Source of the DNA: an uncultured Marinilabiliaceae bacterium
GTDB lineage: Bacteria > Bacteroidota > Bacteroidia > Bacteroidales > VadinHA17
DNA: 64,000 bases
Reading direction: 5' to 3'
NCBI GenBank assembly: GCA_942491535.1
Contig: CALOBV010000024.1
Location: 67,390 to 131,389 of the forward strand
Shown: piece after piece, positions 19,001-29,522 of the stretch
Layout: each line of letters starts with the position of its first letter
Numbering within the stretch: position 1 is the stretch's first letter
Position numbers and translations under genes: made by a program
The notes under the pieces: model-generated
What the model was told of the DNA's origin: nothing
The model's input: only the letters and a program-made list of their open reading frames with translations
Databases searched by the model: none

Positions 19001-19267
19001 CCTGTTCTCGACCGATGTGGAGGTTATCTCCTTTACCCCTATCAGTCCCCTGACTGCCTCCTCAATCCTGGATGTAACACCCTCTTCCATCTCGACAGGT
19101 GATGCCCCGGGGTAGAAGACTGAAATAGTTATTATCCTGCTCTCCGTTTCAGGGAAGAACGACTTGTTCATCTGATTATAACTGAACACTCCGACAAGCA
19201 CTACTATAACAATAATTATATTGGCATACATCGGGTACTCTACAAATCTCTCTATTATTTTTCTCAT
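16037..19267 (-). CDS. RND efflux transporter permease (AcrB/HAE family)
   Basis: 1076 aa with a 12-TM layout and two large periplasmic loops. It lies between an adaptor gene and a TolC gene. Confidence 0.9.
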   Translation of the reverse strand: MRKIIERFVEYPMYANIIIVIVVLVGVFSYNQMNKSFFPETESRIITISVFYPGASPVEMEEGVTSRIEEAVRGLIGVKEITSTSVENRSTVSVETTGEYPIDEVLFEVKNAVDGISSLPSAAERPIVSKQRSRAFAMFMTLAASEGHEISLMALKNYAQLVEEDFLNSGVMSQVTLSGFPQPEISIEIKEDELLRYNLSFDQIIRAIQSNNQDVSGGEIKSEEEELLIRLRSRSTSTEKLSNIIIGAKTDGSFLRIKDVGEVKKKFADVPNESYINGRKAASIRIEKLPEEDLQEITEYALEYIEEFNARDLGVELIVSRSFFDILKSRLELLTSNGLLGLFLVIVSLTLFLNWKVSAWVSFGIPFSFLGMFIVANLIGVTINMMSLMGMLLVIGILVDDGIVIAENIYSSFEKGLSPMKAAVKGTMEVAPAVLTSVATTIVAFSPLLFLKGTNMEMMTQLGIVVILVLIFSLIEAFFILPAHLGKKEVLKRYAEPRKRRGIKKYFERFLDWLRDDIYHYALLWLVKWRHAVIGIPIALFLITAGLFAGGHIKNTFFPTVDFDNFSVNVAFTPGDGVEQTRKVLDRIEKVVWEVNEEMTEELGLDSDLIETVNKNIGSARSIQESGSHSGSIDIYPRNLEGLEVTGFDISNRIRSKIGPIPEARKYTVGGRNRWGAPISVGLMSKNLGELEQAKDYLLERLEELPQLKDINENIALGKQEVRLDLKPKAYYLGLDETSIAQQVRQGFYGGQAQRLQEGRDELRIWVRYPKSDRLTLGQMENMKIKTSSGEYPLIELADYHLERGPVSIIRFNGSREIRVEAETVDPYAPVPEILNQIETEILPDLLAQYTGVRYMFQGQRKSSNEAVTKATYYFSMAFLVIIFLMLIHFRSLPKVAIIIFMIPLSMLGVFWGHGIHGQPLSIMSLWGIIALTGVIINDAIVFLAKYDGLLLDGEKVKDAILGAGKSRLRPILLTTVTTTVGLFPMILENSMQAQFLIPMAISLAYGVAIGTVFILIFFPVLIMLISDIKVWLKYLWTGVKPEREEVESALIQRRRRLEFEMNGDNELDTAINNSN

Positions 19268-19304
19268 AGCTTTCTAGCAGTTTCTTGATTTATGAGTATC
19301 CGGA

Positions 19305-20507
19305 TTAACTCTTAGGTTTACCTTTTCCCTCACCCGGTTCAGATCTATTCTCCTGCTGCTGTCCACTTTTTTCCTCAGAGAAATCAGTAGTTACCTGTAT
19401 TCCTTCCTGGACATTAATTAGAGCCTGGATAACTACAATATCACCTTCGTTTAAGCCTTTAAATATCAATGATTTCTCGTTAGTCTTTATTACTTCCACA
19501 ACTCGCTTTTCCAGACGTCCTTCAACAACCACAAATACTTCATCATTATTGAATACAGAATTCCTGGGTATCTCCATTACCCCTTCTACCGCATGGCCAG
19601 GGAACCGAGCTGTCAGGTATTCTCCATTCATAAGTTCTTTACCGGGAGTATTTCTGAGGCTAATAAATAAAGCCTGGCTCTGAGTATCTTCATCTATAAA
19701 CATTCCTTTTCTAACAACAGTACCAGTCCAGCTTGTGTCTTCTCCCTGCCTGAAAACCGTTACCTTATCACCAATTTTAATCCAGAGAGCATCGCCTTTC
19801 TTAACAGGAACTTCGAGCTCCAGAAGATCAGTCTGTATTGCATGTGCCACTCTGCCACCGGTGTTTGTATAAGCACCTACTTCAAGAAAGACATCCGAGA
19901 ATGTACCGTTAAATGGTGCATAAACATTATGCCTTTCCAGCTTAAGCTCATCACTTAGAATACTATAGTACTCACTTAGAACGCCCCTGCTACTGAGGAA
20001 CACCTTAAGCTTCTCATCTGTAACATCAGGCATTTCAGGAAGTTCCTCCATAATATTAATTGAGTTAAAGAACTTTGTAAACCCGGAAATATGATCAGGA
20101 TAATCGATATTAATATCCGGAAGCATATTAGCAATAGTATTCATAAACTGGCTCTTTTGGCCCTGAAGGGCAAGGAGTGCTTCATCACGATATATGGTAA
20201 AGAGAAGATCACCCTTTCTGAACTGTTCTCCTTTTTTAAGAGTTATTTTTCCCTTAACTATTTTCCCTGTTGCCTCAGCAATTATGTCAATGGAACTTAC
20301 AGAATTAAGTCTTCCTGATGCCTCAACAGGTGATGTAATAATTTTATACTCGACTTTTTCAGTCTTTACATAGCGTTTTATATCTGCCTGCATTCGCACA
20401 GGGGGCTCTTCTTTTAATGAAATCAGGAATTTCATCAAACCAAAAGAGAGGCCAACAATAAAGATAAATGCGGCAACAATAATTATTCTTCTATCAATCT
20501 TTTTCAT
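19305..20507 (-). CDS. RND efflux periplasmic adaptor (MFP/HlyD family)
   Basis: 400 aa with an N-terminal anchor, barrel-sandwich/hairpin pattern, and a charged low-complexity tail. It is the first gene of the operon. Confidence 0.85.
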   Translation of the reverse strand: MKKIDRRIIIVAAFIFIVGLSFGLMKFLISLKEEPPVRMQADIKRYVKTEKVEYKIITSPVEASGRLNSVSSIDIIAEATGKIVKGKITLKKGEQFRKGDLLFTIYRDEALLALQGQKSQFMNTIANMLPDINIDYPDHISGFTKFFNSINIMEELPEMPDVTDEKLKVFLSSRGVLSEYYSILSDELKLERHNVYAPFNGTFSDVFLEVGAYTNTGGRVAHAIQTDLLELEVPVKKGDALWIKIGDKVTVFRQGEDTSWTGTVVRKGMFIDEDTQSQALFISLRNTPGKELMNGEYLTARFPGHAVEGVMEIPRNSVFNNDEVFVVVEGRLEKRVVEVIKTNEKSLIFKGLNEGDIVVIQALINVQEGIQVTTDFSEEKSGQQQENRSEPGEGKGKPKS

Positions 20508-20560
20508 TATTTATTAATGTTAATCATATAATTAAGACACTATGCAAAATGCTTTTATTC

Positions 20561-20568
20561 CAAATCTA
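20561..20568 (-). promoter_or_regulatory. Candidate -7 box (TAGATTTG) for the RND efflux operon
   Basis: TAnnTTTG match about 54 nt upstream of the ATG at 20507. Confidence 0.45.
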
Positions 20569-20703
20569 TTAATAATGTTCTACTCCTCTAACACTATTTT
20601 TCTGTGAGGGTTCATATTTTACGAATATTTAACAACTTGCCTTGAATAATATGGATTATAAAATAACTTATCTTTACTTCATTGAAATAAAATTATAACT
20701 ATA

Positions 20704-22923
20704 ATGAGTACTAATAAGAAAGGCTTTGGCACCGCTCCCGTTTTCTTTACGGCTATATCAACAATACTCGGAGCCATCCTGTTTCTGCGATTTGGATTTG
20801 CCGTAGGAACGCTAGGATTCTGGGGAGTTATTCTGATTATATTATTGGGTCATATGGTAACAATACCAACGGCTATGGCCATTTCAGAAATAGCTACCAA
20901 CAAAAGGGTTGAGGGTGGCGGGGAATACTTTATTATCAGCCGTTCGTTTGGTCTTAATATAGGTGCTACCATTGGCATTGCCCTGTTTATGTCGCAGGCC
21001 ATTAGCGTTGCTTTCTATGTAATAGCATTTACCGAAGCTTTTGAATTCTTCTTTAATTTTATCCTTGATAAGTTTGAAATGGTATTGCCCCGTCAGGTAA
21101 TAAGCATCCCGGCAATGCTATTACTGGGCTATCTGATCTTAACAAAGGGGGCTAATATGGGAGTTAAAGCCCTTTATTTTGTGGTTGCCATACTTGCAAT
21201 ATCACTCGTTTTATTTTTCCTGGGATCAACCGATCATGCTACTGTATCAGAATTTAGCCTTAAAAACGCTGAACTAAGAAACGGGGGTAACTTCTTTCTC
21301 GTTTTCGCCATTGTTTTTCCTGCCTTTACGGGTATGACTGCCGGGGTTGGCTTATCGGGTGAGCTAAGAGACCCTTCCAAATCTATTCCGCTTGGAACAA
21401 CTGTTGCGACAGTTACCGGGATGATAGTCTATGTCTTTGTAGTATATAAACTGGCTTTGTCGGCCAGTCCCGAAGATCTGACAAACAACCAGCTTATAAT
21501 GGCCAAGATAGCAATAGGAGGGGCATATATTATTCCACTTGGCCTGGCCGCTTCTACAATATCTTCGGCTCTGGGCTCGGTTATGGTAGCGCCCAGGACC
21601 TTGCAGGCTCTGGCACTGGATCATTCCTTTCCTTCAAAAAAGCTTAACTGGTGGCTTTCAAGAGGGCGCAAGGGTGATGGTGAGCCTGTTAACGCATCTA
21701 TGGTTACAATAATTATTGCCCTTTTCTTCGTATCGCTGGGGAATGTAAATGCCGTTGCAGAAATTATCTCGATGTTCTTTATGGTAACCTATGGGTCGCT
21801 CTGCCTTATTTCATTTCTGAATCACTTCGGATCAAGTCCTTCATATCGTCCTTCATTCAAGAGCAGATGGTACCTTTCACTTGCAGGATTTGTTATTTCT
21901 ATCTGGGTTATGTTTAAGATAAATATGCCTTATGCCGTAGCTGCTGTTTTATTGATGATATTAATATACACCTTTATCAACTTCTATCACAAAGACCGAC
22001 AGGGACTTGAATCAATATTCGCCAATGCCATTTTTCAGCTTAACAGGAATCTGCAGGTATACCTCCAGAAATCAAGAGAGAAGAAGAAAGAGAACGAATG
22101 GCGACCAAGTGCAATATGTATCTCAAAGAATTCTTTCGAGAGGGATACAGCCTTTAAATTATTAAACTGGATATCATACAAGTACGGATTTGGAACTTAC
22201 CTGCACAGGATTGAAGGCTACTATTCAAAAAACACTCACCATCAGGCACAGTTAGAATTAAGCAGGATAATAGAAACCTATGACAAAATCGAGAACCATG
22301 TTTTCGTTGATACAATAATCTCTCCATCTTATACCTCTGCAATTGCTCAGGCAATACAGGTGCCTGGCATCTCCGGCATGGAGAATAATATGGTGATTTT
22401 TGAGTTTTCAAAAGGTAACAAAGATGAAATAAGTGAAATTATTGATAATTACGCACTTATAAATGCAGGGAATTTTGATGTTTGTATCCTGGCTTCAAGC
22501 GATAAAACTCCTGTATACAAGAATGGCATACATGTCTGGATTAAATCGAGTGATGAAAGAAATGCAAACCTTATGATAATGATGAGCTTTATAATATCCG
22601 GTCATCCCGACTGGAAAAAATCAAAATCGAAGATTTTTGATATATGTAAGCCCGAGCAGTATGACGAGGTTGTTGCAAGTAAGGAAAGGCTGATTAAAGA
22701 CGGCAGACTGCCGATAACCGATAAGAATATAGAAGTAATCGTAGAAGAACCGGATAAGCCTTTTAAAGAGCTAATATCTGAAAAGTCGGCCGATGCAGCC
22801 CTGACAATTATTGGTTTCAGGGGTGAAACTTTAAAACACAACGGGGAATCTGTATTTACAGGATATGAAAAAATGGGAACCATTTTGTTTGTTAACTCAC
22901 ACGACACCCTGGAAATAGAATAA
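20704..22923 (+). CDS. APC-superfamily transporter resembling cation-chloride cotransporters (SLC12-like): 12-TM core plus a large cytoplasmic C-terminal domain
   Basis: 739 aa. The N-terminal 450 aa are polytopic (GTAPVFFTAISTILGAILFLRFG is typical of the AA_permease/SLC12 TM1 region). A soluble domain of about 270 aa follows. Confidence 0.65.
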   Translation: MSTNKKGFGTAPVFFTAISTILGAILFLRFGFAVGTLGFWGVILIILLGHMVTIPTAMAISEIATNKRVEGGGEYFIISRSFGLNIGATIGIALFMSQAISVAFYVIAFTEAFEFFFNFILDKFEMVLPRQVISIPAMLLLGYLILTKGANMGVKALYFVVAILAISLVLFFLGSTDHATVSEFSLKNAELRNGGNFFLVFAIVFPAFTGMTAGVGLSGELRDPSKSIPLGTTVATVTGMIVYVFVVYKLALSASPEDLTNNQLIMAKIAIGGAYIIPLGLAASTISSALGSVMVAPRTLQALALDHSFPSKKLNWWLSRGRKGDGEPVNASMVTIIIALFFVSLGNVNAVAEIISMFFMVTYGSLCLISFLNHFGSSPSYRPSFKSRWYLSLAGFVISIWVMFKINMPYAVAAVLLMILIYTFINFYHKDRQGLESIFANAIFQLNRNLQVYLQKSREKKKENEWRPSAICISKNSFERDTAFKLLNWISYKYGFGTYLHRIEGYYSKNTHHQAQLELSRIIETYDKIENHVFVDTIISPSYTSAIAQAIQVPGISGMENNMVIFEFSKGNKDEISEIIDNYALINAGNFDVCILASSDKTPVYKNGIHVWIKSSDERNANLMIMMSFIISGHPDWKKSKSKIFDICKPEQYDEVVASKERLIKDGRLPITDKNIEVIVEEPDKPFKELISEKSADAALTIIGFRGETLKHNGESVFTGYEKMGTILFVNSHDTLEIE

Positions 22924-22927
22924 GAGG

Positions 22928-22962
22928 GCGAAGGGCATAGGGCGAAGGGCAAAGAGCAAAAA
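22928..22962 (+). repeat. Purine-rich degenerate heptad tract (GCGAAGG GCATAGG GCGAAGG GCAAAGA GCAAAAA)
   Basis: The 7-nt periodicity was read directly. The tract starts 4 nt after the transporter stop codon. It belongs to the same heptad family as 31469-31545 and, in reverse complement, 40914-41004. Confidence 0.7.
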
Positions 22963-23023
22963 TAATATTAGCTAATAACGCGACCCTAAGAGCAAAGAAT
23001 GTAGGAAAAAGCGAAGCCAATAA

Positions 23024-25633
23024 CTATTTTCGAATTAGTTTCTGGATATTATAAAGCTTATTGAGTGCTTCAACGGGAGTAAGGTTATTCACATCGAGAT
23101 CGATTATTTCATCTCTAATTTGCTTTAGCACCGGGTCGTCGAGCTGAAAGAAGCTTAGCTGCATACCTTCTCGCTGAGAGGCAAGCTCCGAAACAGGCTT
23201 CGATAATAATCCTCCCTCTTCTCCCTCCATTTCCCTGAGTACTTCTGAAGCCCTTTTTACAACGCTTACCGGCATACCTGCCATCCTGGCAACATGTATC
23301 CCAAAACTATGCTCACTTCCTCCTCTTTTCAATTTTCTTAAGAAGATAATCTTATTCTCGAGCTCCTTTATTGAGACATTATAATTTTTTACCCGTCCAA
23401 AGGAGCTTTCCATCTCGTTAAGCTCATGATAGTGAGTGGCAAAAAGCGTTTTTGCTCTGTTTTTATGCTCGTGGAGGTATTCAACCATTGCCCATGCTAT
23501 GGATATACCATCATATGTACTGGTTCCCCTTCCTATTTCATCGAGAAGTATCAGGCTCCTGTCTGACAGATTATTAAGTATGCTGGCTGTCTCATTCATC
23601 TCAACCATAAAGGTCGATTCACCCAGGCTGATATTATCAGAGGCGCCGACCCTGGTAAATATTTTATCTACCAGTCCGATCCTGGCTTCTGCAGCAGGCA
23701 CAAAACAACCAGCCTGAGCCATAAGTACTATCAGCGCTGTTTGTCTTAAAAGAGCCGACTTCCCCGACATATTTGGTCCGGTAAGTATTATTATCTGCTG
23801 CTCTTCATTATCCAGCAACAAGTCATTTGGCACATAAGATTCTTCCGGAGGCAGCTGCTGTTCAATTACCGGGTGCCTGCCTTCTTTAATTTCTATGGCA
23901 TGTCCATCGTTCAGTTCGGGCCGCACATAATTATTATCAATTGATACACTTGCAAATGAATGAAGGCAGTCAAGGCGAGCAATAACTGAAGCATTTATCT
24001 GGACCGGGCTGATATATTCAATTAATGAATTAACAAGATTATTGAATATCTGCTGCTCAAGTGCAAGTATCTTTTCCTCCGCACCTAGTATCTTGTTCTC
24101 ATATTCCTTTAACTCTTCTGTAATATATCTCTCGGCACTTACCAGGGTCTGCTTCCTAACCCACTCCTCCGGAACCTTATCCTTATGTGTATTACGGACT
24201 TCAATATAATAACCAAATACATTGTTAAAAGCCACCTTGAGTGAAGGAATACCTGTCCGCTCACTTTCGCGTGACTGAAGTTCCATTAAATACTCTTTCC
24301 CGGTACTTTGAATAGTCCTTAATTCATCCAGTTCTTCTGAAACCCCTTTACAAATAACCCCACCCCTGCTGATTAAGACAGGTGGATCATTATTCATCTC
24401 CTTTTCAATTTTATCGCTAAGATCACCCAGTGGATTAAGCTGATCTCCTGCACTTATTAAGGGTTCACAGTTTGTCGCGGCGCATGCCTCTTTAATTGGC
24501 AGAAGAGCCTGAAGTGATCTTTTTAACTGAACAACTTCCCTGGGGTTGATCTTCCCTGTGGCCACCTTTGAGATTAATCTCTCAAGATCACCAATAGTTC
24601 TGATCTGCTCTAACAGCACATCCCTGTAGTCCTCATTATCTATAATATAACCAACTGCATCCAGCCTGGAATCTATCTGGGTTTTATCCTTCAGGGGTAA
24701 AGACAACCATCTTTTAAGCATTCTCCCACCCATAGGTCCGATAGTCCTGTCGAGAACATTTATCAGGGTATAGGCTCCTTCGTAAGGTGATGAAAACAAC
24801 TCCAGGTTACGTATTGTAAACTTATCCAGCCAAACATAGTTCTCGGCTTCAATCCTGGATATTGATGTTATATGCTTTAGTTTCTCATGCTGGGTTATAT
24901 CCAGGTAATGAAGTATTGACCCGGCTGCAATAATTCCATTATCAAGCCTATGCACACCAAATCCCTTAAGGGAAGATGTTCCAAAGTGCTTTAAAAGTCT
25001 TTCCCTGGCCGCGTCAATATTAAAAATCCAGTCGTCAAGTTTATAGGTATAAAACTTTGATCCAAATGAATCGCGATAAGTGTCTGTTTTACCCTTTTCA
25101 AATAATACTTCTTTTGGATTAAGATTATTTATTAATTGATCCACATATGCCAGTGTTCCTTCAGCAACCAGGAATTCTCCTGTTGAAATATCCAGGAAGG
25201 ATACACCAACAGCTGTTTTATGAAAATGAACCGATGCCAGGTAGTTGTTTTCTTTATGCTCCAGTACATTATCATCGAGCGTCACTCCCGGGGTAACAAG
25301 TTCAGTAATACCTCTCTTTACAATTTTCTTTGTTAGCTTGGGGTCTTCCAGCTGTTCGCAAATTGCAACGCGCTGGCCAGACCTTACAAGTCGTGGCAGA
25401 TAGGTATCAAGAGCATGATAAGGAAAGCCAGCAAGCTCTACATAGGATGCAGCGCCATTTGCTCTTCGGGTAAGAGTAATGCCGAGAATCTCAGAAGTTT
25501 TAATGGCATCTTCTGCAAATGTCTCATAAAAGTCACCCACACGGAAGAGTAATATTGCATCAGGGTGCTTTGCCTTTATGCTGCCATACTGCCTCATTAA
25601 AGGTGTATCTGCATATTTCCCTGAACCTGCCAT
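23024..25633 (-). CDS. mutS: DNA mismatch repair protein MutS
   Basis: 869 aa with Walker A GPNMSGKS and the STFMVEM motif. The N-terminal mismatch-binding region reads TPLMRQY...FYRVGDFYE-like. Confidence 0.95.
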   Translation of the reverse strand: MAGSGKYADTPLMRQYGSIKAKHPDAILLFRVGDFYETFAEDAIKTSEILGITLTRRANGAASYVELAGFPYHALDTYLPRLVRSGQRVAICEQLEDPKLTKKIVKRGITELVTPGVTLDDNVLEHKENNYLASVHFHKTAVGVSFLDISTGEFLVAEGTLAYVDQLINNLNPKEVLFEKGKTDTYRDSFGSKFYTYKLDDWIFNIDAARERLLKHFGTSSLKGFGVHRLDNGIIAAGSILHYLDITQHEKLKHITSISRIEAENYVWLDKFTIRNLELFSSPYEGAYTLINVLDRTIGPMGGRMLKRWLSLPLKDKTQIDSRLDAVGYIIDNEDYRDVLLEQIRTIGDLERLISKVATGKINPREVVQLKRSLQALLPIKEACAATNCEPLISAGDQLNPLGDLSDKIEKEMNNDPPVLISRGGVICKGVSEELDELRTIQSTGKEYLMELQSRESERTGIPSLKVAFNNVFGYYIEVRNTHKDKVPEEWVRKQTLVSAERYITEELKEYENKILGAEEKILALEQQIFNNLVNSLIEYISPVQINASVIARLDCLHSFASVSIDNNYVRPELNDGHAIEIKEGRHPVIEQQLPPEESYVPNDLLLDNEEQQIIILTGPNMSGKSALLRQTALIVLMAQAGCFVPAAEARIGLVDKIFTRVGASDNISLGESTFMVEMNETASILNNLSDRSLILLDEIGRGTSTYDGISIAWAMVEYLHEHKNRAKTLFATHYHELNEMESSFGRVKNYNVSIKELENKIIFLRKLKRGGSEHSFGIHVARMAGMPVSVVKRASEVLREMEGEEGGLLSKPVSELASQREGMQLSFFQLDDPVLKQIRDEIIDLDVNNLTPVEALNKLYNIQKLIRK

Positions 25634-25683
25634 ATTTAGTATTTATTTACCGGAATCTTCCGGTCATAATTTTAGTAGGATAA

Positions 25684-25691
25684 CAAAGATA
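25684..25691 (-). promoter_or_regulatory. Candidate -7 box (TATCTTTG) for mutS
   Basis: TAnnTTTG match about 50 nt upstream of the ATG. The leader contains the small hairpin ACCGGAA-TC-TTCCGGT at 25649-25664. Confidence 0.45.
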
Positions 25692-25874
25692 CAATGTACC
25701 ATGTATTAAATAAAATTCTTTTTGAAATTGTTAATATCTCATCAGTATATAAGATTTCAAGCTAATTGATTATAAAATAATAATTGATTCGCAAAAAGAT
25801 ATTGCATATTTTAGCATACCTAACAATCAAAAGTTAAGAACATAATTTTAAACAATTAACCTAAATCTAATCTC

Positions 25875-26564
25875 ATGAAAAAACTTATTATTGCAGCACT
25901 ATTTTTAACTGCCGGAGCAATGGTTGTGAATGCACAATTTGAGAAAGGCAGTGTAATGCTAGGAGCCTCATCCTCTTTAAATTTGCTTAGCTCTGGCACT
26001 GGTGGTCAAATTATGTCTTTTGGATTTTCTAATATTACCAATACAACAGGTGATAGTACATCCTCATTCTCAGATGAATCAAAAACAAGCAATTTTAATT
26101 TTACCCCAAGCGCCGGATATTTCGTTATTGACAATCTTGCCGCCGGTTTAGGAATAAACTTTGCAAGGGCTGTATTTACAGAAGAAAGTGACGGAACCTT
26201 AACTGAAACTCAAACTCTCGTGGCATTTGAGCCCTTTGTAAGGTATTATTTCCCTCTATCTTCAATAACTCCATTTTGCGAGATCAAGGGAGCGTTGGGA
26301 TCGCTGAAAGATAAGTCAGAACTTGAAGGTAATGATCCATTTGAATATAAGCACACGCTCAATTCTTTCGGAGTTGGAGTTGGGGCATCCTTAGCTATTG
26401 GTATGAATGCTTCATTTGATGTTATAGCGGGCTACAGTATGATAAATACAAAATACGAAGAAGAAGGGTTCAACGAAACAAGCAAGATAGGTACCTTTGG
26501 TATTAACTTCGGTTTTAAAGTCTTTTTAGGAGGATATGGCTCCAGTGCAGATGCTTCATATTAG
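25875..26564 (+). CDS. Small outer-membrane beta-barrel protein (OMP_b-brl-like)
   Basis: 229 aa with the signal peptide MKKLIIAALFLTAGAMVVNA. Alternating hydrophobic beta-strand patterns have aromatic girdles. Confidence 0.6.
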   Translation: MKKLIIAALFLTAGAMVVNAQFEKGSVMLGASSSLNLLSSGTGGQIMSFGFSNITNTTGDSTSSFSDESKTSNFNFTPSAGYFVIDNLAAGLGINFARAVFTEESDGTLTETQTLVAFEPFVRYYFPLSSITPFCEIKGALGSLKDKSELEGNDPFEYKHTLNSFGVGVGASLAIGMNASFDVIAGYSMINTKYEEEGFNETSKIGTFGINFGFKVFLGGYGSSADASY

Positions 26565-26676
26565 ACAGTAATTTTTTACTGAAAAAATATGGAAAAACAG
26601 ACATCAATCATTGATGGACAGTAATGTATTGTATATATTGAGTTTTATTTACTATCTCTTTATATAGCTCAACACA

Positions 26677-28011
26677 ATGCATAAAATATTAGTTCTTGGA
26701 GCCGGAATGGTTGCTAAACCACTGGTAGAATACCTGCTTGAAGCAGAGTATCATATAACAATTGCTTCAAATACTACCGACAGAGCGGAAAATATATTAA
26801 ACAATCACCCGATGGGTGAATCGGTATTCTGGGAAGCTGATGATCTTTCAGGTCTTGAAAAGCTTGTTTCTGTATCAGACCTGGCTATTAGCCTGTTACC
26901 ATACAGGTTTCACCCTGATGTTGCCAGGATATGTGTCAGGCTGAAGAAACACATGGTAACCACCTCATATGTTAAGGAGGAGATGAAGAACCTTGATTCA
27001 GAGGCAAAAAATGCCGGTGTTATATTGTTAAATGAGATAGGTCTTGACCCGGGCATTGACCATATGTCGGCTATGCGAATCATCGACGAAATTCACAGTC
27101 AAAATGGAAAGATAGAAGGCTTTTATTCTGTATGCGGGGCTCTCCCGGCACCGGAATCTGCTGACAACCCTTTTAAATATAAGTTCTCGTGGAGCCCTAA
27201 AGGGGTAATACTGGCCAGTAAGAATAGTGCAGAATATTTAAAAAACGGAAAGGTAGTTCAAATTGAGTCGGAGGATCTTTTTAAAGACAGGTTTGCACAT
27301 AATATTCGTGATCTTGGCGAACTGGAGGTTTACCCAAACCGTGACTCCATAAGTTATATCGATATATATGGAATACCTGAAACGAAAACCATGTTCAGGG
27401 GTACCTTCAGATATAAGGGATGGTGCGAGATTCTCGATACAATGAGGGAGCTAAAATTGCTTAATGAGGAAAGCGAAGATTTTAGCGGGGTCAGTTATTC
27501 TGATTTTATGAGCAGTCGCTTACCCGATGGTAAGGGCGACATTAAACAGAGACTTGCTGACTACCTTAATATAGCAATTGATTCTCTGCCGATAATAGCT
27601 TATGAGTGGCTGGGGTTATTCAGCGACAATGATATGGGATTCAGTTCTATCAGCCCCTTTGAGATAATTTATGAGCTTATGCTTGCTAAGATGATGATAG
27701 GAGAAAAAGACAGGGATATGATAGTACTTAAACACCTGTTTCTTGCTTCATATGCAGATGGGCGAAGAGAATTAGTTACTTCCAGAATGGTTGATTTTGG
27801 ATCTCTTGAAACAAATACTTCGATTGCCAGGACAGTAGGACTGCCTGCTGCAATTGCAGCTGATATGATATTAAAGGGAGAAATCAAACTAAGTGGGGTT
27901 TATGTGCCGGTTATACCTGAGATTTATAAGCCCGTTCTGGACCGACTTGAGCAGATTGGGATATCAATGGAAGAAACATTCGGTCTGCCCGAATCTGATT
28001 TTATCCAGTAG
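26677..28011 (+). CDS. Saccharopine dehydrogenase-family NAD(P)-binding oxidoreductase
   Basis: 444 aa with an N-terminal Rossmann motif ILVLGAGMVAKP. The length and C-terminal domain resemble saccharopine reductases. Confidence 0.75.
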   Translation: MHKILVLGAGMVAKPLVEYLLEAEYHITIASNTTDRAENILNNHPMGESVFWEADDLSGLEKLVSVSDLAISLLPYRFHPDVARICVRLKKHMVTTSYVKEEMKNLDSEAKNAGVILLNEIGLDPGIDHMSAMRIIDEIHSQNGKIEGFYSVCGALPAPESADNPFKYKFSWSPKGVILASKNSAEYLKNGKVVQIESEDLFKDRFAHNIRDLGELEVYPNRDSISYIDIYGIPETKTMFRGTFRYKGWCEILDTMRELKLLNEESEDFSGVSYSDFMSSRLPDGKGDIKQRLADYLNIAIDSLPIIAYEWLGLFSDNDMGFSSISPFEIIYELMLAKMMIGEKDRDMIVLKHLFLASYADGRRELVTSRMVDFGSLETNTSIARTVGLPAAIAADMILKGEIKLSGVYVPVIPEIYKPVLDRLEQIGISMEETFGLPESDFIQ

Positions 28012-28725
28012 TTAAAACTTAAGATAAAAGTCTTTTGTGAGAGCCCTGTATTCGTGCGAATAGCTATGTCGTTCGCCGGTCTCGATTACCATAAATCCTG
28101 AGCACAGTTTCTTCTTTTCACGAGTAAATTCCATGAGGATGCGTTTAACAGATGAGCCGGGCAAAGGCTTAATATTTAACATCCTGGAGCAATACAAACT
28201 ATATTCAGAAGCTTCAGCAATAAACAGATTTGCTTCGGTATAAGGTAGGATTAACGATAACTTACCTGAATGATCGAGCAGCTTGTTTACACATTTCAAT
28301 AATTCGTCTGAGCCCAGTGTATAATTATGTCTTGCCCTTGATACCCTATCCAGGGTGTTTGGCAATGAGTTCCTGAAGAAGGGAGGGTTGGTAACAATAT
28401 GATCAAATATCTTATCTGAGTATAATAAGTATTCCTGCAAACTTGTTTCAATAACATTAATTCTCTTATACCAGGGCGATCTGGCAATATTTAAAGTGGC
28501 TTCTGCCGCTGATAAAACGTCGGGTTCGATGGCAATTATATCAGCTCCTGATCTTTGGGCCACCATTAAGGCAATAAGTCCGCTGCCCGTTCCTATATCA
28601 AGAATTTTTTTATTTCTCTCCACGTCGCACCAGGCTCCCAGTAGAACCCCATCTGTCCCAACCTTAAAGGCAGAATCTTTCTGCCATACCTTAAACTGCT
28701 TAAAATTGAACCAGTTATTTGGCAT
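28012..28725 (-). CDS. tRNA1(Val) (adenine37-N6)-methyltransferase-like (YfiC/TrmN6 family)
   Basis: 237 aa. The N-terminus FKQFKVWQKDSAFKVGTDGVLLGAW is typical of the family. It also has the SAM motif ILDIGTGSG and the catalytic NPPFF. Confidence 0.8.
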   Translation of the reverse strand: MPNNWFNFKQFKVWQKDSAFKVGTDGVLLGAWCDVERNKKILDIGTGSGLIALMVAQRSGADIIAIEPDVLSAAEATLNIARSPWYKRINVIETSLQEYLLYSDKIFDHIVTNPPFFRNSLPNTLDRVSRARHNYTLGSDELLKCVNKLLDHSGKLSLILPYTEANLFIAEASEYSLYCSRMLNIKPLPGSSVKRILMEFTREKKKLCSGFMVIETGERHSYSHEYRALTKDFYLKF

Positions 28726-28727
28726 AA

Positions 28728-29522
28728 TTAAAACATATCATTAACTCCCAGTCCGAACAATGCATAGTCGTATTTCACCGGGTCGTCAGGATCAAAAAGG
28801 CGTAAATTAGATGTCAGTTCTTCCACTGCCTTCCAATCATTTGCCTTCCGGGTAAGTAAGCCCAGCTTCCTGGCTATATTTCCGGAATGAATATCAAGGG
28901 GAATAAAAAGGACAGAAGCAGGAATCCCTTCCCATATCCCAAAATCCACTCCATGCTTATCATTTCGTATCATCCACCTGAAATACATGTTTAATCTTTT
29001 GCCGGCAGCACCCCTGGAAGGATCGGCAAAATGTTTTTCACTCCTTTTCTCATGAGGCAAACTAAGAAATGCTTCTCTGAAGCTCACTATTACCTCCTTC
29101 ATTCCCATGCCCTTCTCAGTACTTTTTTTTATCAGTTCCCCGATACTATTATGCTGAGTATAGATCTGTTTAAGAGCCTTTAGAAAAAAAATACAGTCCT
29201 GACCCTGAAAAGTACGATAATAGAAGTCTCCAAAGCGCTCAAAATCAATATCGTCAGCCTCCATCAGAAACTCGTAAGGACTCTCACCCATCATTTGTGT
29301 AAGTTGTGATGCTGATCTTATTATCAGGTCGCGTCTGCCCCATGAAATTGTGGCTGTAAGAAATCCTGATATTTCAATATCCCTTTTATCGCTGTACTTA
29401 TGAGGAATGGACACAGGATCATTGGTAATGAAATCGGTGTTATTAAATTTCATATATTTCTCCTCGAGAAACTCATGCATCTCGTCAAAGGCAATACCTT
29501 TAAATGCTGGTTTATCAGTCAT
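28728..29522 (-). CDS. TIGR02757/DUF2400-family protein (unknown function)
   Basis: 264 aa. The pattern DPVSIPHKY...[17 protein letters not shown] matches my memory of this family. It overlaps the upstream ABC ATPase gene by 8 nt. Confidence 0.6.
   Translation of the reverse strand: MTDKPAFKGIAFDEMHEFLEEKYMKFNNTDFITNDPVSIPHKYSDKRDIEISGFLTATISWGRRDLIIRSASQLTQMMGESPYEFLMEADDIDFERFGDFYYRTFQGQDCIFFLKALKQIYTQHNSIGELIKKSTEKGMGMKEVIVSFREAFLSLPHEKRSEKHFADPSRGAAGKRLNMYFRWMIRNDKHGVDFGIWEGIPASVLFIPLDIHSGNIARKLGLLTRKANDWKAVEELTSNLRLFDPDDPVKYDYALFGLGVNDMF

Noticed and set aside
25649-25664. Hairpin ACCGGAA-TC-TTCCGGT in the mutS leader as a regulatory element or riboswitch
   Set aside because: It is too short and simple to assign. 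No flanking conserved structure was recognisable by eye.
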